From positions 1,697,950 to 1,761,949 of the forward strand of contig NC_134026.1 in the NCBI RefSeq assembly GCF_964204645.1: 64,000 nucleotides of DNA, written 5' to 3'. Source of the stretch: Tubulanus polymorphus (taxonomy: Eukaryota > Animalia > Nemertea). A model generated the notes under the pieces. The model had not been told where the DNA came from, made no database searches, and saw nothing but the letters and a program-made list of their open reading frames with translations. Positions 13,241-31,000 of the stretch are shown here, piece after piece. Position 1 is the first letter of the stretch. Each line of letters starts with the position of its first letter. The position numbers and the translations under genes were made by a program.

Positions 13241-14352
13241 AAGGTTTCTATTTGATGAATGGAGCAACCGCGATAATCAAGATAAATAGCTCTACCTCAA
13301 ATCAATGAATGGATATGACTAAAAATCGGTACCAAAAAAAAATCCCCGAAAAAGATGTTCTAAGGTTTGGTTGATAATTGCTTATAAGCGGTATAGACTT
13401 GTCTACATTTAAAAAACTATCAATCACGTTTGTTTAGAGGAATACCAGTTAAAAACAAACACATATGAAGCACATTCGTTCATAAACCAGTTTCGCCATT
13501 ATTTCTGTAACCTAAAAATATAATTAGCCGACATGAAATTTGTTTCAAAAATATTCTAAGATAATTCGATACATTAAACTAATGAATGTACACGTAGAGA
13601 TATAACCTTTTTCAAACAAACTCTAATATTTGTAAGAACAACCCACGCCCAGTGCTTCAAGTAAATGTATTTATAACATTGCTTACGATAACAAATACCG
13701 TACATGTAATAACTTATCTACACTCTGAAACATAATTGATTTCTTTTTTTTCTTACAAATTATATAGCACCAGTCTCTCTACTTTATACGTATCACAATC
13801 ATTTCAAGACGTTAAATTCAAGCGAAAACCTAGAAAAAAACAACATTAATACAAACGCTACATCGGGTTCTGGTAATTATCGATTCTAAAGAACAATAAC
13901 ATGGTCGTAGTTGTTCTAAAAAAAAAAATTAGTTAAAAATAACTCCGACTCATGTGCATTAGATTGATACATTATTTGACACGAGAATAACCAATATATT
14001 TGAGACAATATCGCAATAACCGGATATTTTCAACAACGACACAGTTTTATCTAACACCTTAACACTGTACTAGAGATGTATCTAAACATATAGTTCACTG
14101 TCTAATTCTACTATTCTATCTTTATATTAAAGGAGAAGAGAAATACAGTTCGGGAAAAACTAACGACGAGAAAATAGATTTATATTAAAACTATAAAAGA
14201 AACATAACATTCTTCCCTTGGAAGACATACATTGAACATGAAATCGTTGCGCAATTAACAAAATGTGATCGCCACTTAACTAACATTTATCGTGTCCCAG
14301 TTCAATCAATAGAATGTTTTAAAGGATATTCCAGTAACAGCGGTAAACCTGC

Positions 14353-14469
14353 TCAGTACTGTGAGTATGAAGGTGGAGCCAGATGCGCTGGTGGGCGACC
14401 CGGACCGCGAGCGTAGCTTACTTTATGACCTTCAATTTGAGGAGGTAATTCACCCTGAAATGCTGCTGG

Positions 14470-14500
<31 letters not shown>

Positions 14501-17500
14501 AGAGCGCGGGCTGTCTTTACCCGCGTATGAGGAGCCAAACCACTCTGAATTCGCTACAAAACAATAAACTTCAAATCAACATTGATTCCAGACAAGACGC
14601 TTGAATAACAATGATATCGAGGCCCAGTTGACATAACTCCGAAGTGATCTTAGATTTTTAAGACTGGTCTTAAGTTGACATATTGGCTATAGAACTAGTC
14701 TTATGGTGGTCTTAGATGTAAGATGTATAAGATTGGTCTTAAATCTAAGCCATGAATGCACAACTGGCCCCTAGCATTGAAAATAAAAGAACACGAATAC
14801 AAGTCATAAAAGGACAAATGTAATTATAGTAGTGTTTCAATCATGCGAAAACATTGCATAAATATCTAATATAAAATACGATTAAGTGTAGAGGAAAATG
14901 ACATATAATTTCACATAGAAAAACACACACCGTTTTAATCTCACCATTTGTAAAATCATGAAGACTGTAAATTCATCAGAAAGATTGTTTACGCAATAAT
15001 CGTCATTGTAGATGTGCGGGATAGATATGTGTTCACGCACGTATTTTAAATGATTAATCGCGACTCACCTGAGATGACGCTGGAAAGCTTTTATTCATTA
15101 ACGATCCGTTCTGTTTACGATGAGCTGATTGTAACGACGCACGCGCTGTGACCGTGTTTGTTTTAGGTGGCGTCGTATCGTCGGGACTGAACGGTCCGTT
15201 ACTATCAATACTCTCCGTTTCGACCGACGCCAGCGTGTCGTCATTGTCGACGTAATTCAGTTTATGATTAGAATGTTGAGGATGCGCGATCAATGAATGC
15301 GCAGGTGGTAGATTCGAGAAGGATGGCCGACCCAGCTCATCACCTTCTACTCCATCATGAAATAACCTGCGAAATATATCAGATTGCTACCTGTAGTCTA
15401 GAAACATTAGAGGCCAGTTACACAGTCATTTCTTTGATTTAAGACCGATCTAAGCTCATTTTGGTTCCATAGCAAATCTAACAACGAAAGACCAGTCTTA
15501 AGATTCGAGACTACTTTTCAAATGTGCAATAATTGGGCCAAGCATCGTCTCCAGGAGATGGGAGATGATCATATGACACACAAACAAGATACATGATATT
15601 TATTAATTCTTAAATGTTCGAATCTGAATCAATTGTCAAAAAACAGAATTTATCGCCTTAAAACACGGTAGTTTCCAAAGGTAATTTCACTAGTATATCT
15701 ATATTCAATTCTAGTTGATAATTACCTGTCAGTACGACTGCGGTTATACAGATTAGCACTACGTATCGATGGTTGTAAATCTGATGGTGGTTGTAATGGT
15801 GCTATATAACCTGTACTGCCTGTCCCTTTAGAATCAGCCTCCCCTGCCACAGCTGCTGCCATTGCCGCCGCTCTCTTCTTCTTTTTCTTCTTCTTTCTGT
15901 CGGCTTTCGTCGCCGGTGGCAACTGCAAGTGACTGCCGGGCATACGCGGTTGATTAAGCGGCATGAGTTGTGGAGGTAAGGGTGGACGAAGCTTTCGCTC
16001 GGGCGGAGTCAATGGAGCTACATGAAAATATATACAAAACATTGAAATAAAGGGGAAGAAATCATTGAAAGATTGAAAATTTATCTTGACCTCAATGGTT
16101 TTCAGTTGATGTTTTAAAACTATTTGGTTGTTTTTAAATAGTTTTGACACTTTAGAACATTGAAATTAACTAAATCAGCGAAATTGTCTATAATGTCAGA
16201 TTGTGGCTCCATAAATATGGGAATTGCAGTTAATTCTGCAGGTCTAAGTACAATCCCTTCCACGTATTGGCCTCCTGGACAGCCAAGACCAAGTAGCTGT
16301 ATTAAATAACAAACTTAAGTGTAGTGGAGAATGAATACACGTAATCATTTAGCATGAAGAAATCAAAGTGTTCATACAGACTTGAAGTGCTTAGTCTCCC
16401 GGTTCTGTCTCAGCCTTTAGCCGTCCCTAGTCAACAGTTATTGCAAACCACAATCATGATTAATTCCCACAATTAACATCAGTCATGTTTTTTTTTCCAT
16501 ACCTTGATGTCTGTAATCTAGAGGCGGTCCCAGTACATCGTCCTGTATTTCATGTACGGTCTGATCTAATTCAGTACTAGATCGTGAAGCTTGACTCGAC
16601 GATCGTTGACTTTCTATTTGAGCAGTTGATCGTTGCGTTAATCGTCCCGGCGATGACTGCCGCGCGGGAGATCCCAGTTGTCGCGGTGATATCCCGGGCG
16701 AGGATGGGGTTACCGCCGGTTTGTGGATGGGACTTTTCGGCGGAGTGACTGAGGAAGGTACACGGGTCCCTCGTGGAACGGGAACTGGTCCCGGATGACG
16801 ATTTTTAGGATACTGCGGTTGCGGTCGAGGGGGTGATGAATGTTGGAATTCATCCTCTTTTCCAGCGACCTCGTTCTCTCCGGGTCCTGCCACGTATCTC
16901 GGATAATTATCTGATTCAGGCTACAAATAAAATTCAGATTCTTTTACGATGCCGTAAAAACCGTTACAAAAATGTGTATTATGCGCACCATGTCATCAAC
17001 ATTCAAGTTTCACGACTCATATTTTCTATCTATGTTCATGATAATGAATTTCACAGTTGTATGAATGAATGTGCACTACAACATCTATATTCAGTAAGTT
17101 TTCTTGTTGGTTAATTTGGTACAAATGTTTCTATCTTCAATCAATCATTAAAAGTTAAACCTACCTTCGGTTTAATGTAGTTGTGCGGTTGTTTAGGAGG
17201 CACTGGTTGTTTTGGTGGTGCAACCGGCTGTTTGATTTGTACAGGTTTATTTGGTATATTTGGCGGACGTGGTTGAAATCTGGCAGGCTGCAGTGGCACA
17301 GCTACCGGCACCGCTGCTGGAGCTGGTGCTGCAGGTGGCGTCGGTTGTGATTTTGGTTTGTGCGGACGATGAATTACGGTTGCTTGATCGGATTCATCTC
17401 CGTCTAGATCAGATACATCCATCTCTCCTAAACTGACATTATCATTTACATCGTGTTCCATTCCAAACTCTACATCTTCTATAAAACAGTTAAACAGAAC

Positions 17501-20500
17501 GATCATTTGACGGATCAAATTCAAGTACATACACATGGCATTCAACATCACTGTGAATTCGACATATACAACACTTGAATTCATGGGAAAGTTACCATTA
17601 GCAGCTGAATTAAACATTCTCACAAAAACCAGTCCCAGAGGAGAAGACTTCGGACACCACACCAAAAACTCAGCTTGAAGAATTATCTATAAAGAGGGGA
17701 ATATACCTTGTGTTTCCTGTGAATTTGGTCGACCAGTAACAACTATCTCGTCATCTTCAGTTTCATCTATAGACATGTATATTTCAGCCGATTCACCGTT
17801 TATTCCCGGTTTTCGAGCTGTTTTCTGCGATTCATTTGTCGTTTCGTCACTGTTTTCACCATTCATTCCGTCGTACAAGTTCTCGGCCATCGCGTAATCA
17901 GTTCTCATCAACGGTACAGACATGGAATGTTGAAGCAATCGCACATTTTCCTGTTTTAACGGAAGATAGTTTTACTTAATGATTATCTAGATTCAGGGTA
18001 CTGCTGCATAGTCATAGCTTAGACTTCAGACCGGTCTAAAACCAGTTCAATTCAATAGCCAAGCAATTGAGTTAAGGTCAGTCTTACAATTAACACCACT
18101 TTCGGAACTAAGTCTCAACTTTGGGACCAACTGGCCCATGAGATTTACCTAACCCATTACCCCTGGTATATATTTGTTAGATAGAAGCTCGGTACGGTTT
18201 TTAGAATCTCACATTCTCTGATTTAACAGTTTGCAGAGGACCGCATCTTCGTTTCTAATAATATGAATACTTACTGAACTGTCTAAACTCTTTGATCGAA
18301 GGTGTTTTGCATCCTTTTCTCCCTGTTCTTGTACATCGAATGATTCACTTCTCGTTAAACTGCTCGATCGTAACGGACGTTTCATCGCTAATCCACGCGG
18401 AGATTTACCTCGATTTGGAGGTGGATCTTTCGGTGGACGAGGCGGAGTGATCGGTTTCAAAATCGCATCGCTCAAATTTGAGGATTCCTGAAAATAATAT
18501 TCATTGAAGAATAATACAAACTTAATTACCACAGTATATCAGCACAGGGTTTCCAGTGGTAAGGCCTGGACAAAAAGAAGTATTAAGAAGTTTTTTTCGG
18601 TAATTTTAAACCCAAAAGGAAGGACATTCATAGATAACCTCAGGGCAGACTTTGACAGGAGCGCAAAGAATATTTAACATATAGGCCAAAGTCAGCGGAC
18701 TTATGCTCTGCTAGTTGCAGGTGAAAAGAATTGTGGTAGCATGTGCTCCTTGCGCTCCCTTCTCCCCCGCTAAAACTACTCTACAACATTCAGCTTATAA
18801 CTGACAATAACTACAGGAACAACAACAAATACAGTACTCTGACTATAGAGCGATGAGGAAATATTCAAAAATAGACAAACAAACACACACGGCAACATGC
18901 TGACAACTGAATGAACTTGTACCTCTAATCCCAGCTCAGACTCCAAATCCTGACTTAATGTCTGATAGCATGTAAATACAAATAACATTTTATAACAGAA
19001 GAAACGCTCGGTATCCATTCTAATTCAGCAAAATCAACTCACCCGAAATCCGAATCCTCCTTTCTCCGATTCAGGAGTTCTGCTTCCATCTCGAGCTCTT
19101 TGCCTTTGATGTGAAGCCAGTATTAACATACAGTAATGTAGCTGTCTTCCTCGCGCATATTCCCAACTAGTCGCGTTATATTTATCACGAGATTCTAATT
19201 CACCTACGCAACAAAAACAATTCAATGATAAATTCATCTGTCCCCTTAATTCAATCTGTTACATAGCCTTTCCTCAAAACTAAGGCAATTGCTAGCGATA
19301 CATTTTGAAATGAAGGGGCCTCACCTCCTTTTTCGAGTAAAAAGTTACAGACTTCGCCGTGGCCACCCATAGCTGATAGATGAAGCGGAGTCCGATCATG
19401 GTCATCTCTATCATTCACACAATCATTACCGGCAATTTCTACAATGACTTTACAAGCCGGTAATGACCCTGAAAGATATTTAGACATAAATTTGTTATAG
19501 CGCTTTATATCCATAAAGATAATTAAACTTGTGCCATTCATTTCTAACATTTATAATAACAAGTACAGCAAGTAAAATCATCACTTGCAAAATCAAGGCA
19601 GGCTTATATCATCAACCAGGTTAAGACTATTTTGTTATCCTATAGCTCATAAACCAACTTCCTATTTGAAACCATCTTTAGGCTGAAAATTAACGAGAGT
19701 TCCAAAATTCCCTAAAATTGCCCAGACCCTTGACTGAAAATTCCCTGATTAAATCATGAAAACATGTGGGAAATTCGGATTAAAAGTCATTTTCTTGTAT
19801 ATTAAGGAACAAATGGACTGCAAATATTAACCGGATAAGACCAAAATCAGGATTAAACGACTATTAAGCGCGTTTGATTGTCAGAGGCGACATGAATGAA
19901 TGTAATTTACCGATTTCAGCGGCGAGAAGCATCACAGTTTTCCCGTCGTCATCTTTTATCACAGCCGTTTCCTGAGTCAGTAATGTCCTCAAACATTCTA
20001 ACGGTTCAGTACGTCGTACGGCCCAATGCATCCACGTACGACCGTTATTATCGCGTTCAATCCCGTCCGCTTCGTCGATGTTCTGATTTTCAACGACGCT
20101 CAATTTCTCAAAGTGTTCGATATGATCTAAACGACACGCCCACATACACGGCGACAGACCATCTTTATCGCGGATGTTTACGTTCGCCCCATGAGCCGTT
20201 AACAGCTGAAATATAACGAAACATTTAAAATATAATTACCCACATTGAATAAATACCTTTTTGTTATTCTAGACTGAACACAGGATTATTATCATATTAT
20301 AATTACAGACAGTGGCCTTTTTTCTCTTATAAATGTTAGTATTAACATGCAGTTTATGAGTGTTAAATCGGCTCTGCAATTTTGAATTCGCTTTACTGAC
20401 AGAACACAGAGGATCACAGTGGAACCAGATCATCCATTTTTGGTATGGTGTTTTAAAATTTGAATTACACTATACTTATCATTTCAGAAATGTATATGAT

Positions 20501-22774
20501 AATGAATTAAAATGTGATTATATATAATTCCCTCACCTGTAATGGACCAGTAGACGGAGTAACTACAGCCCAGTGAATTGGCGCTCGACCAAATGAATCT
20601 TGTAATGTGTGATCACAGTCGGTGTCTAATAGAAGTTTAATCGCGTCAGTGTTGCCTTCGTGGCATGCAATGTGCAGAGCTGAAGACCCATCTATAATTC
20701 ATACAATTAGGCATCATTAATGATATGTAGACACAAATTGGCCAAAACTGATGAAAAAAATTTGGACGAAAGATGTCATCATATTTATAGAGAATCATCA
20801 CTAAGATCTCCTTACCGTGAGCTGTAGCATTGATATCTGCACCCATATCTATCAAATACTTAGTAACATTGAGCTGTTGATGATGTATTGAGTACATTAA
20901 AGGTGTTCGTCCAATAGCGTCAATATCATTGATAACATGAACATCTAAAAAAACAACAGTTCATCAAAACAATTATTAGTCTATTTTCCTCCGTTCAAAC
21001 TCTCTAAATGTTTGTCCATAAAAAGTTATTTCTAATAAATCTATAGACAGGCTGTCAAGTGGTCTTTTGAAAAAGATAAGGGACAGTAGGGATCAATTTT
21101 CTTTTTCTAAAGTAAGGATTTTAGATGACCAGACAGGGCATATAGTATGAGGAATTTACTCTCACAAATACTAGTACAGGAAAGGAATGCTCCAACATCC
21201 TCCCAGCCCAGGTATCAATATCAACATCAAAACGTTGCATTTCCACCAGGTATTGGTATTGATATCAGGTGACAGTGCCAAAACCTTTCTGACATCTTAT
21301 CGCACGTGGACAGATGATTTTAGAAAAAGTACAGAAAAATGCACCAAACAATAAGTAGCAGTGGGGAAAACACTTTTTAGCAGAAAAAAGAATTAATCAC
21401 CTATTTCAACTAACTCTTGTAACCAGGAAATATCGCCGTGTTTTGAAGCTTGAATTGAGTCTGGTAGACTCGGAGAATTCGAACTCTGATTACCGTCAAA
21501 CGTCATCGAAATACTCATCGACACGCGAGGATTCTCTAGATTTATCCAACGCCATTGAAATTTATCGGGAGCGTCTTTAAACGGCGTCATCGGACTGAGT
21601 CCGCGCACCGACGAACGAAAAGTGTGATTTCCATTTTTTTCCTGAAGTCGACCTTGTAGCAATCGATAATACTTTTGCATGTGTAACAGCGCTAAATTCA
21701 ACGCGTCGCGAAGTTCGGCGCATTCAACATCTTCACTTAGTTTCAGCAGGAATTCCTGCACATACGCAGCCGTCTTTTGGAAATCTAAGAATAAAACAAA
21801 AGTAATTCAAATAATCCAGCACCCTCACATTCCTTCATGGGTATCATTCACAGATACAACCATCATTATAACAGACGCTATAGGGCCTATATATAGGAGA
21901 GAATAAGTTAATTGAGTAAATTTCTGAATGGAGAGTCAATTTTTATAAGTGAACCCCCGATATACCGCCCTTCCATTTAGGCCTACCGCTACCGCCAGGT
22001 TTTCTCAACGTACATCTCTAACAAATACATAGTAAAACACCCCCGATACACCGCCATACTCTCTATAAACCGTTCAGCACCGATGTGGGCGGTATATCGG
22101 GGGTTGACTGTATATTACTTCATTTTACTTGATTCTAATTTTTAACGCATATATTTCGTGTTTACTCGCTATGAAATTTGTATATAGTTGGTTTTGACCT
22201 TACTTATTCCCCACGTCACAGAGTGTACTATTCGACTAGGACACCTTTCTTTATTTCTAATGCTCTTCAATCAAAAGTAATTACATACATACAACTTTTG
22301 TTGTTGTTAGATCAGTGAGTCAGGAACACTTATACACATATAGCCTGGGCTATCCTGACTGAATAGCATGGGTTCACTGACTGACTGACTGATCTAATCC
22401 ACAATACCGCTCGGTCTAAGCTGTGAATCACAGACAGCCAACAATCAACAAGACTTAATTATAAACATCAGAGTATTTTTAACATATTGACTGTATTGAA
22501 ACTTCTACTAAACAAAATCAAAATAATATCCACCATTTAATCAAACACGAAGAATTTTGTTGTTTGTCAATCCAAAAATTATAAAAATTAAAAAGTTTCA
22601 CTTGATTAGATGGTTGCTTTCAGCTTTTTAAGGGGGGGGGTCCAAAGCTCAAGTTGATGTTCTTCATAATTTACGGAGCGGAGTTCCTAATTTTTGGCAG
22701 AGTGTCAGATTAGTTTCGGAATCAATCAATTTAATTGAATTTGCTCCGCAGTTACCTTTTCTTTTGACGGTCAT
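14353..22774 (-). CDS. Ankyrin-repeat protein (ANKRD55/inversin-like N-half) with long Pro/Ser-rich disordered C-half and poly-Q
   Basis: Probable start MTVKRK (22774-22756) is spliced to DFQKTAAY.... Ankyrin repeats: GRTPLMYS..LIDMGADIN, GSSALHIAC, GRAPIHWA, GLSPCMWAC, GRTWMHWA, GKTVMLLAAE, DRTPLHLSAMGGH. Pro-rich exons at 18488-15070. Last exon ends QQQQ...PPSYSQY*. Confidence 0.85.
14621..14771. mobile_element. MITE family A copy 1 (TIR GGCCCAGTTG...CAACTGGCCC)
   Basis: Terminal inverted repeats plus internal AAGACTGGTCTTAAG motifs shared with copies at 15412-15539 and ~17996-18137. Confidence 0.7.
15412..15539. mobile_element. MITE family A copy 2
   Basis: GGCCAGTTAC...AATTGGGCC with internal AAGACCAGTCTTAAGA. 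Confidence 0.6.
17996..18137. mobile_element. MITE family A copy 3
   Basis: Ends CAACTGGCCC, with internal AGACCGGTCTAA and GGTCAGTCTTA motifs similar to copy 1. Confidence 0.55.
21947..22110. mobile_element. Tc1/mariner-pogo-type MITE
   Basis: TIR AAGTGAACCCCCGATATACCGCCC versus the right end GGGCGGTATATCGGGGGTTGACTG followed by TA. Internal sub-repeat CCCCGATACACCGCC. Confidence 0.8.
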
Positions 22775-23349
22775 TGCGGAATCAATGCGTTCACACGATT
22801 AACAAAACATCAGCTCATACAGCTAATTAAAACCTGATTATATGTCCTGAATACTGCGTACGAAAACTGCGATATACTAGGTAATTATCGACATTTTAGA
22901 GATTTAAAACGCTGATATTGAATCGATATAAACACTGGTCGCCATTTTGACGCTTTTCTACAGCGGGTCAACACGGTACAAATAAGTGTGAAACGGCTTC
23001 CAAAACTAACGTTTAAACTACTTCGAGAGTTAGTGATCTCATTGAGATATAAACGAATTCATATCATATTCGGTTGTAAGCGAAATCTGCGGTGAAAATC
23101 TCTTGTCTTGAATAAAATGCGATATTATTTATGGTAACAACAAAAATAGTTCGCTGACAGGTGCTCGGTTCCGGTCGTATCGATATCTTCCTGAGCAACT
23201 AGGAGGAAAGTAGCGCCGGAGAATTCGCCATATTTGTTTACTGCCCGATCGCTGGAAAATTTTAGTCCATTTCATCGGCTATCATCTTAGTCAACGGACC
23301 AATTTCAACTAAAAAGATTTAACGAAACGCATCCATATTTATTTGAAGA

Positions 23350-26487
<3,138 letters not shown>

Positions 26488-26599
26488 AAATAGAATTCGA
26501 CGTCAGTGTTCAAGTAGCAACATTTATATCGGGATCAGTGGATCTTTGGCTCGTATATAAAAACCAAAGACACCATTGTATATTTATGATAATAATCTG

Positions 26600-26645
26600 A
26601 AACCTGTCTCTATTGCTGTCTGAACGTCGCGATAGAGACAGGTTT
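26600..26645 (+). other. Stable stem-loop in the PP1 3'UTR
   Basis: AAACCTGTCTCTATTGC pairs with GCGATAGAGACAGGTTT (17 bp including one G-U), with a 12-nt loop. Confidence 0.75.
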
Positions 26646-28091
26646 TATTACACCCGTTTAGGTGCCGCCTGTCGTTGGACATTGAACAAACACGCGACAG
26701 CATCCAAAACAAAACTACCGTACTACTTTAAAAACATTGTGTACAAATTGTAAATGTGTTTTTTGATAGGCATTTTGATGTCTCGCACTTGGAATTGACT
26801 AGTGTTCAATGTAACGTGCGCGACTCCCCTTTAGGAAAGCGAGTAAAGTATATGTATATATAAATATATCTATTAGAGAAATCGGTGTAAAATTAGGCTC
26901 GAACTTCACGGAGATTTTGGTTCTGATTCCGCGCAGGGCAAATGTGTAAACAAATATGGCAAAAAAAAATTGGAAAATGGCGGAAAAAGAATCGTAAATC
27001 ATTCGCGAAACGCAACGGTTGCTATGAAAGTTGGGGATCGGAAGTTTTAAGACCTTTAATATCTACGTCATTTCCTGATCTCGTCTGGAATTAATCTTAA
27101 CCTCAGGAGACCTGTAAATCTTAACGAATAGCGAAACTGAGACAAATTCGGTCACATGCATGAATTGAGAAAGCGCGACGACTAAACGTCTCGTGTCATC
27201 GAATTGACATTAACGTTGACTAACTTGTAAATAAATGTAAAAAAAAATCTTATGTACTCCATGGACGCTTGTATCAGTTGAAAAGATAAGTTTTTGTGAT
27301 TGTTCTTCATTAGATTGTATTCGTCCAATATAAATCTCGATGTGACCAGATATTACGTTTTTTTCTGTACGATTAAATAGCAGATTGATTGATGTCGTGT
27401 AGCTGCAATTTTATTTTGACTTGGATCAACTAATGTTGTATACCATTCTCAATGTATTGTATGTATAAATGATAAAATAAAAACTGATGTAGTTTTCATC
27501 GGTGTTCTTTGTTCTGTAATAATTAGTATCGTAGAACTCATGGTAGTTGAGGATTCTTCTGATGAGCACATTTCTTTCATCGAGAGAAGTTGATTCAGAG
27601 AAACACGCCCTCTATTAGTACGTCAGAATCAGTCGATGTACGTAACTGGTTGGGAACAGTGGCGAGTGAGAATCGGAAAGGACGAATCCGGGATTCGAAC
27701 CCTACTACAATGAGACTCATATCTTCCCGCTAGTCGGTACTAGCAGCAATTACCATATGTCAACATATACACGTGCGTGAAGTCTTCATCTGATAAAAAA
27801 ACGTCTATAACGCCAGTTTGAAAGCTTACTGTGACGTGACTGGTGAACCTGAAGATTTTTCCTAACCAACCTACGTTTTTATTAGTTAACTAAAAGTAAG
27901 ACTAACTGACTTGGCCAATCCTGCTTTCAAATTCAATCAATGACAATGTCGAATCATCTTTGACTGAATTTGCCTAGTGTTACATATTTTTAAGATATTG
28001 TCTATAACTCAAAGGGGACGCCTAATGAATTATTTCAATGACATTTATTTAGTTTGTTGTGCAAAAAAAGGAGAGAAATTGCATCACGAAG

Positions 28092-31000
28092 ATGACGACA
28101 TCTTTAGCTCAGCAGCTCGCTCGTTTAGCTGTTCCTCACACCCAGGCATTGTTAGGGGAGGATAAACGAAAGGCTTCATTACTTTTTGAACCTAAAGAAG
28201 CGGCAAATATTGACAAAGAGACATTTTATGCCCTCGGTAAGTGGAGTGAGAATTAAGTATTTATTGAAAGAAATATGAAGATTGTTTCATTGATTATGTT
28301 ATGTTTTTTCACTAAGGTTTGAATGGATTGCAAGAACTTGAAAATATAGATCGGGAATTCGAAGAGTTCAATGATGTATTATTCAGCGATGCATCACAGA
28401 ATTTTGAGAGGAGCGTGCAGACGAAAGAAGTCAACAAAAAACTAGATGAATCAATTTCGAAGTTTCTGATCAAGTTGTCGCCATACTTTTTGTTGCGCCC
28501 GGCTCACAAAGCTCTAGAATGGCTCATATACAGGTGAACATATTCATCTATTTGAAAAAAACTACATTTACCACTATTCTTTTTGCTGTTGTTAGCTGAG
28601 CCCTAGTAAAATAAGTAACCTGGAGGTGATTTAGTTTTATAATCAGGTATTTTCACATCTGATTTTAAATGCTTACCACCAATGAATCAGATGATTGGGA
28701 GAGATCAGCTTTTTATTTATTTTTGAGAATACTGTTGATGATGTCTTCTATAGGTATCATATTCACTGGTATAATGTAGATGAACTAATGCAGTGTATAT
28801 TGCCGTATCATGAAGCTAATATATTTGTACGCGCTGTACAGCTTATCAAGCTTGAAGATCCAGCCAATAAATGGCATTGGTTACATCATATACAGGTCTG
28901 TTTGATATTACTGGATGGCTTTTACCTATATTTAATATCATATTGAATATGATATGCAGGCTTTGTTTTTAATTACAGAAACCTGGCAGTCATCTTCCAC
29001 GAATGACTGTCATTAATCATTGTCGGGCTGACTTGGGGTTTCTAACATTTGTGTGCGAAATGGTACCTAACTTCTTAAAGGTCAGTAATGTCCTAGATAG
29101 ACATCCAGTTGTCAGTTGCACTACTAGATCTAGAATCTTGTGATTAAGCATAGCTGTTTTATTCTTGTGAGCAGATTCATGGAAATGCTTCTAATAACAG
29201 TACGTCTCTGCGTGTTATAATGAGTTTCTACGCTACGACTGTAGTCGGTGCTCTGGAAAATGGTAACGTCAAAGAGGAAATGATTGCCAAGTTACTGCCG
29301 TATCTGACGCAAGGATTCAAATCGAAAAACATCGAGTATAAAGCATCGTCGTACATGATCATGTCGCAACTCGTTACGAAGGCAAAAATAAAAAAAGAAT
29401 TCTTTGCGAATACTCTACCAGCGCTTTCAAAGGTGAGTCTAATATTTATTGAGAGAAAAGAATGAATTCTTAATTCTGTTTCATATAGAGATAAGCTATA
29501 ATGATATGATTCTTTTAATTTTAGCATATTCCTTCAGTAATGATCAGTGAGGCTTTAACGTGTATATGTCTCATATATGAAACACAGACCATCGATGAAG
29601 TTCCTAAAAGGTAATTATAGTGAAACAAATAAACTTGTTGTAGTGGTTTTTACAGACACTTGAATTGAATGCCTTTTATTTTACAGAACGTTTCGCCATA
29701 TCTGTCGACTACCGGCAGTAGTGTCTACGATTCAAATGTTATCTTCGAAATACATCATATCGAAGTTTCTCGACAGGTTTCTGTCGCGACTAACTCGCGA
29801 AGGGATCAAAGATGCCGCTACGATGACTTGTAGCGAAGGAGGTGATGATATGGAACAAGAATTTTCTCCGTATTCAGCTTTATTAGAAGGCATCCTGTCT
29901 GATGTACAGCTCACTTCTGATACCGCGCAACATGTTATCAAGTAAGTTCTATTTTCAATGACGTTGTCTTTTGCACAATTATCAGATTTTCATCTTCTTG
30001 AAAATAATTCCCATTTAGAATTCTCCTGGATGAATTTATGTCGCAGAAAAATGATGAACCAGCGGATATTGACAGCTTGAATAGAATTAAACAATTTATA
30101 GGAATTATGGAGAAAAGGTACAATATTTTATTGATCAGTCAAATCTTTACAATCTATCCTGCAAAAAAGGCTTCATTCTGTTCATTTGTATGATATTTAA
30201 TCCTTGGTTTACAGGTATCCACTGGACGTAGACGCGGTCATCGAAAAAACAACAAAGCGTGGTTTATCACCTAATCAACAGTCGATCGTACAAGAGTTTA
30301 TAACAGCGACAATGTCAGCAGCGAAACACTCCGTAATTCCGGACAGTGAGACTAATCTCGTACTTGCTGCCAATCATCCGAAAGCTGAAATACGTAAACT
30401 AGCCATACAGCAACTTATAAAAATCGTCAACAACAATGAGGCAAGTAATCATATAAATCTTTGAGAAAATTTCTGCTCTTCGTCGACTAACTAGAAGTTT
30501 TTCGTGCAATCTTTAGGAAGAAGATAAAGATTTTGTCGCGTCAATTTTCATCGATAGATTGAATGATGATGATGCAGAAGTTGTGAAGGCAGTACTTCAA
30601 GATGTTCAGGTAAATATCAATAGTTATACGCAGGATTACCATGGCAGATGATAAACTCAGATGAGGCAAATCAGGGAATTCCAGATTTATTTTCCCCTGT
30701 TGGGAAAATCAGGAAGTTCTGAATCAGAATATTTGGTATATTGTTGTTCTTGCCGGTGACAAATGAAGACACAAGAACCTCGAGAATATCATGATTTAAT
30801 CAGGGAATTTTTGGTTGGGTAATATCGAGGAATTTTGTATTCCCTGATCTGTAAGAATCCTGTAAACTAGTACATCGATTCATTGGTCATTTTATATTCT
30901 AGGTATTGAAACAAGTAATAGAAGATCAGAAATTATATAGCTTGATTTCTAAACTGCTACTGAAATCATTCAACTTCCACTCAGATAAGAAGTAAGTTGC

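Noticed and set aside
16378-16426. Candidate cassette exon in the ankyrin gene
   Set aside because: All plausible acceptors give in-frame stops, and there is no support without RNA data.
27660-27760. tRNA genes at B-box-like GGTTCGAATCC motifs (also ~55216 and ~5750)
   Set aside because: No complete cloverleaf or acceptor stem could be folded; these are at most decayed SINE heads.
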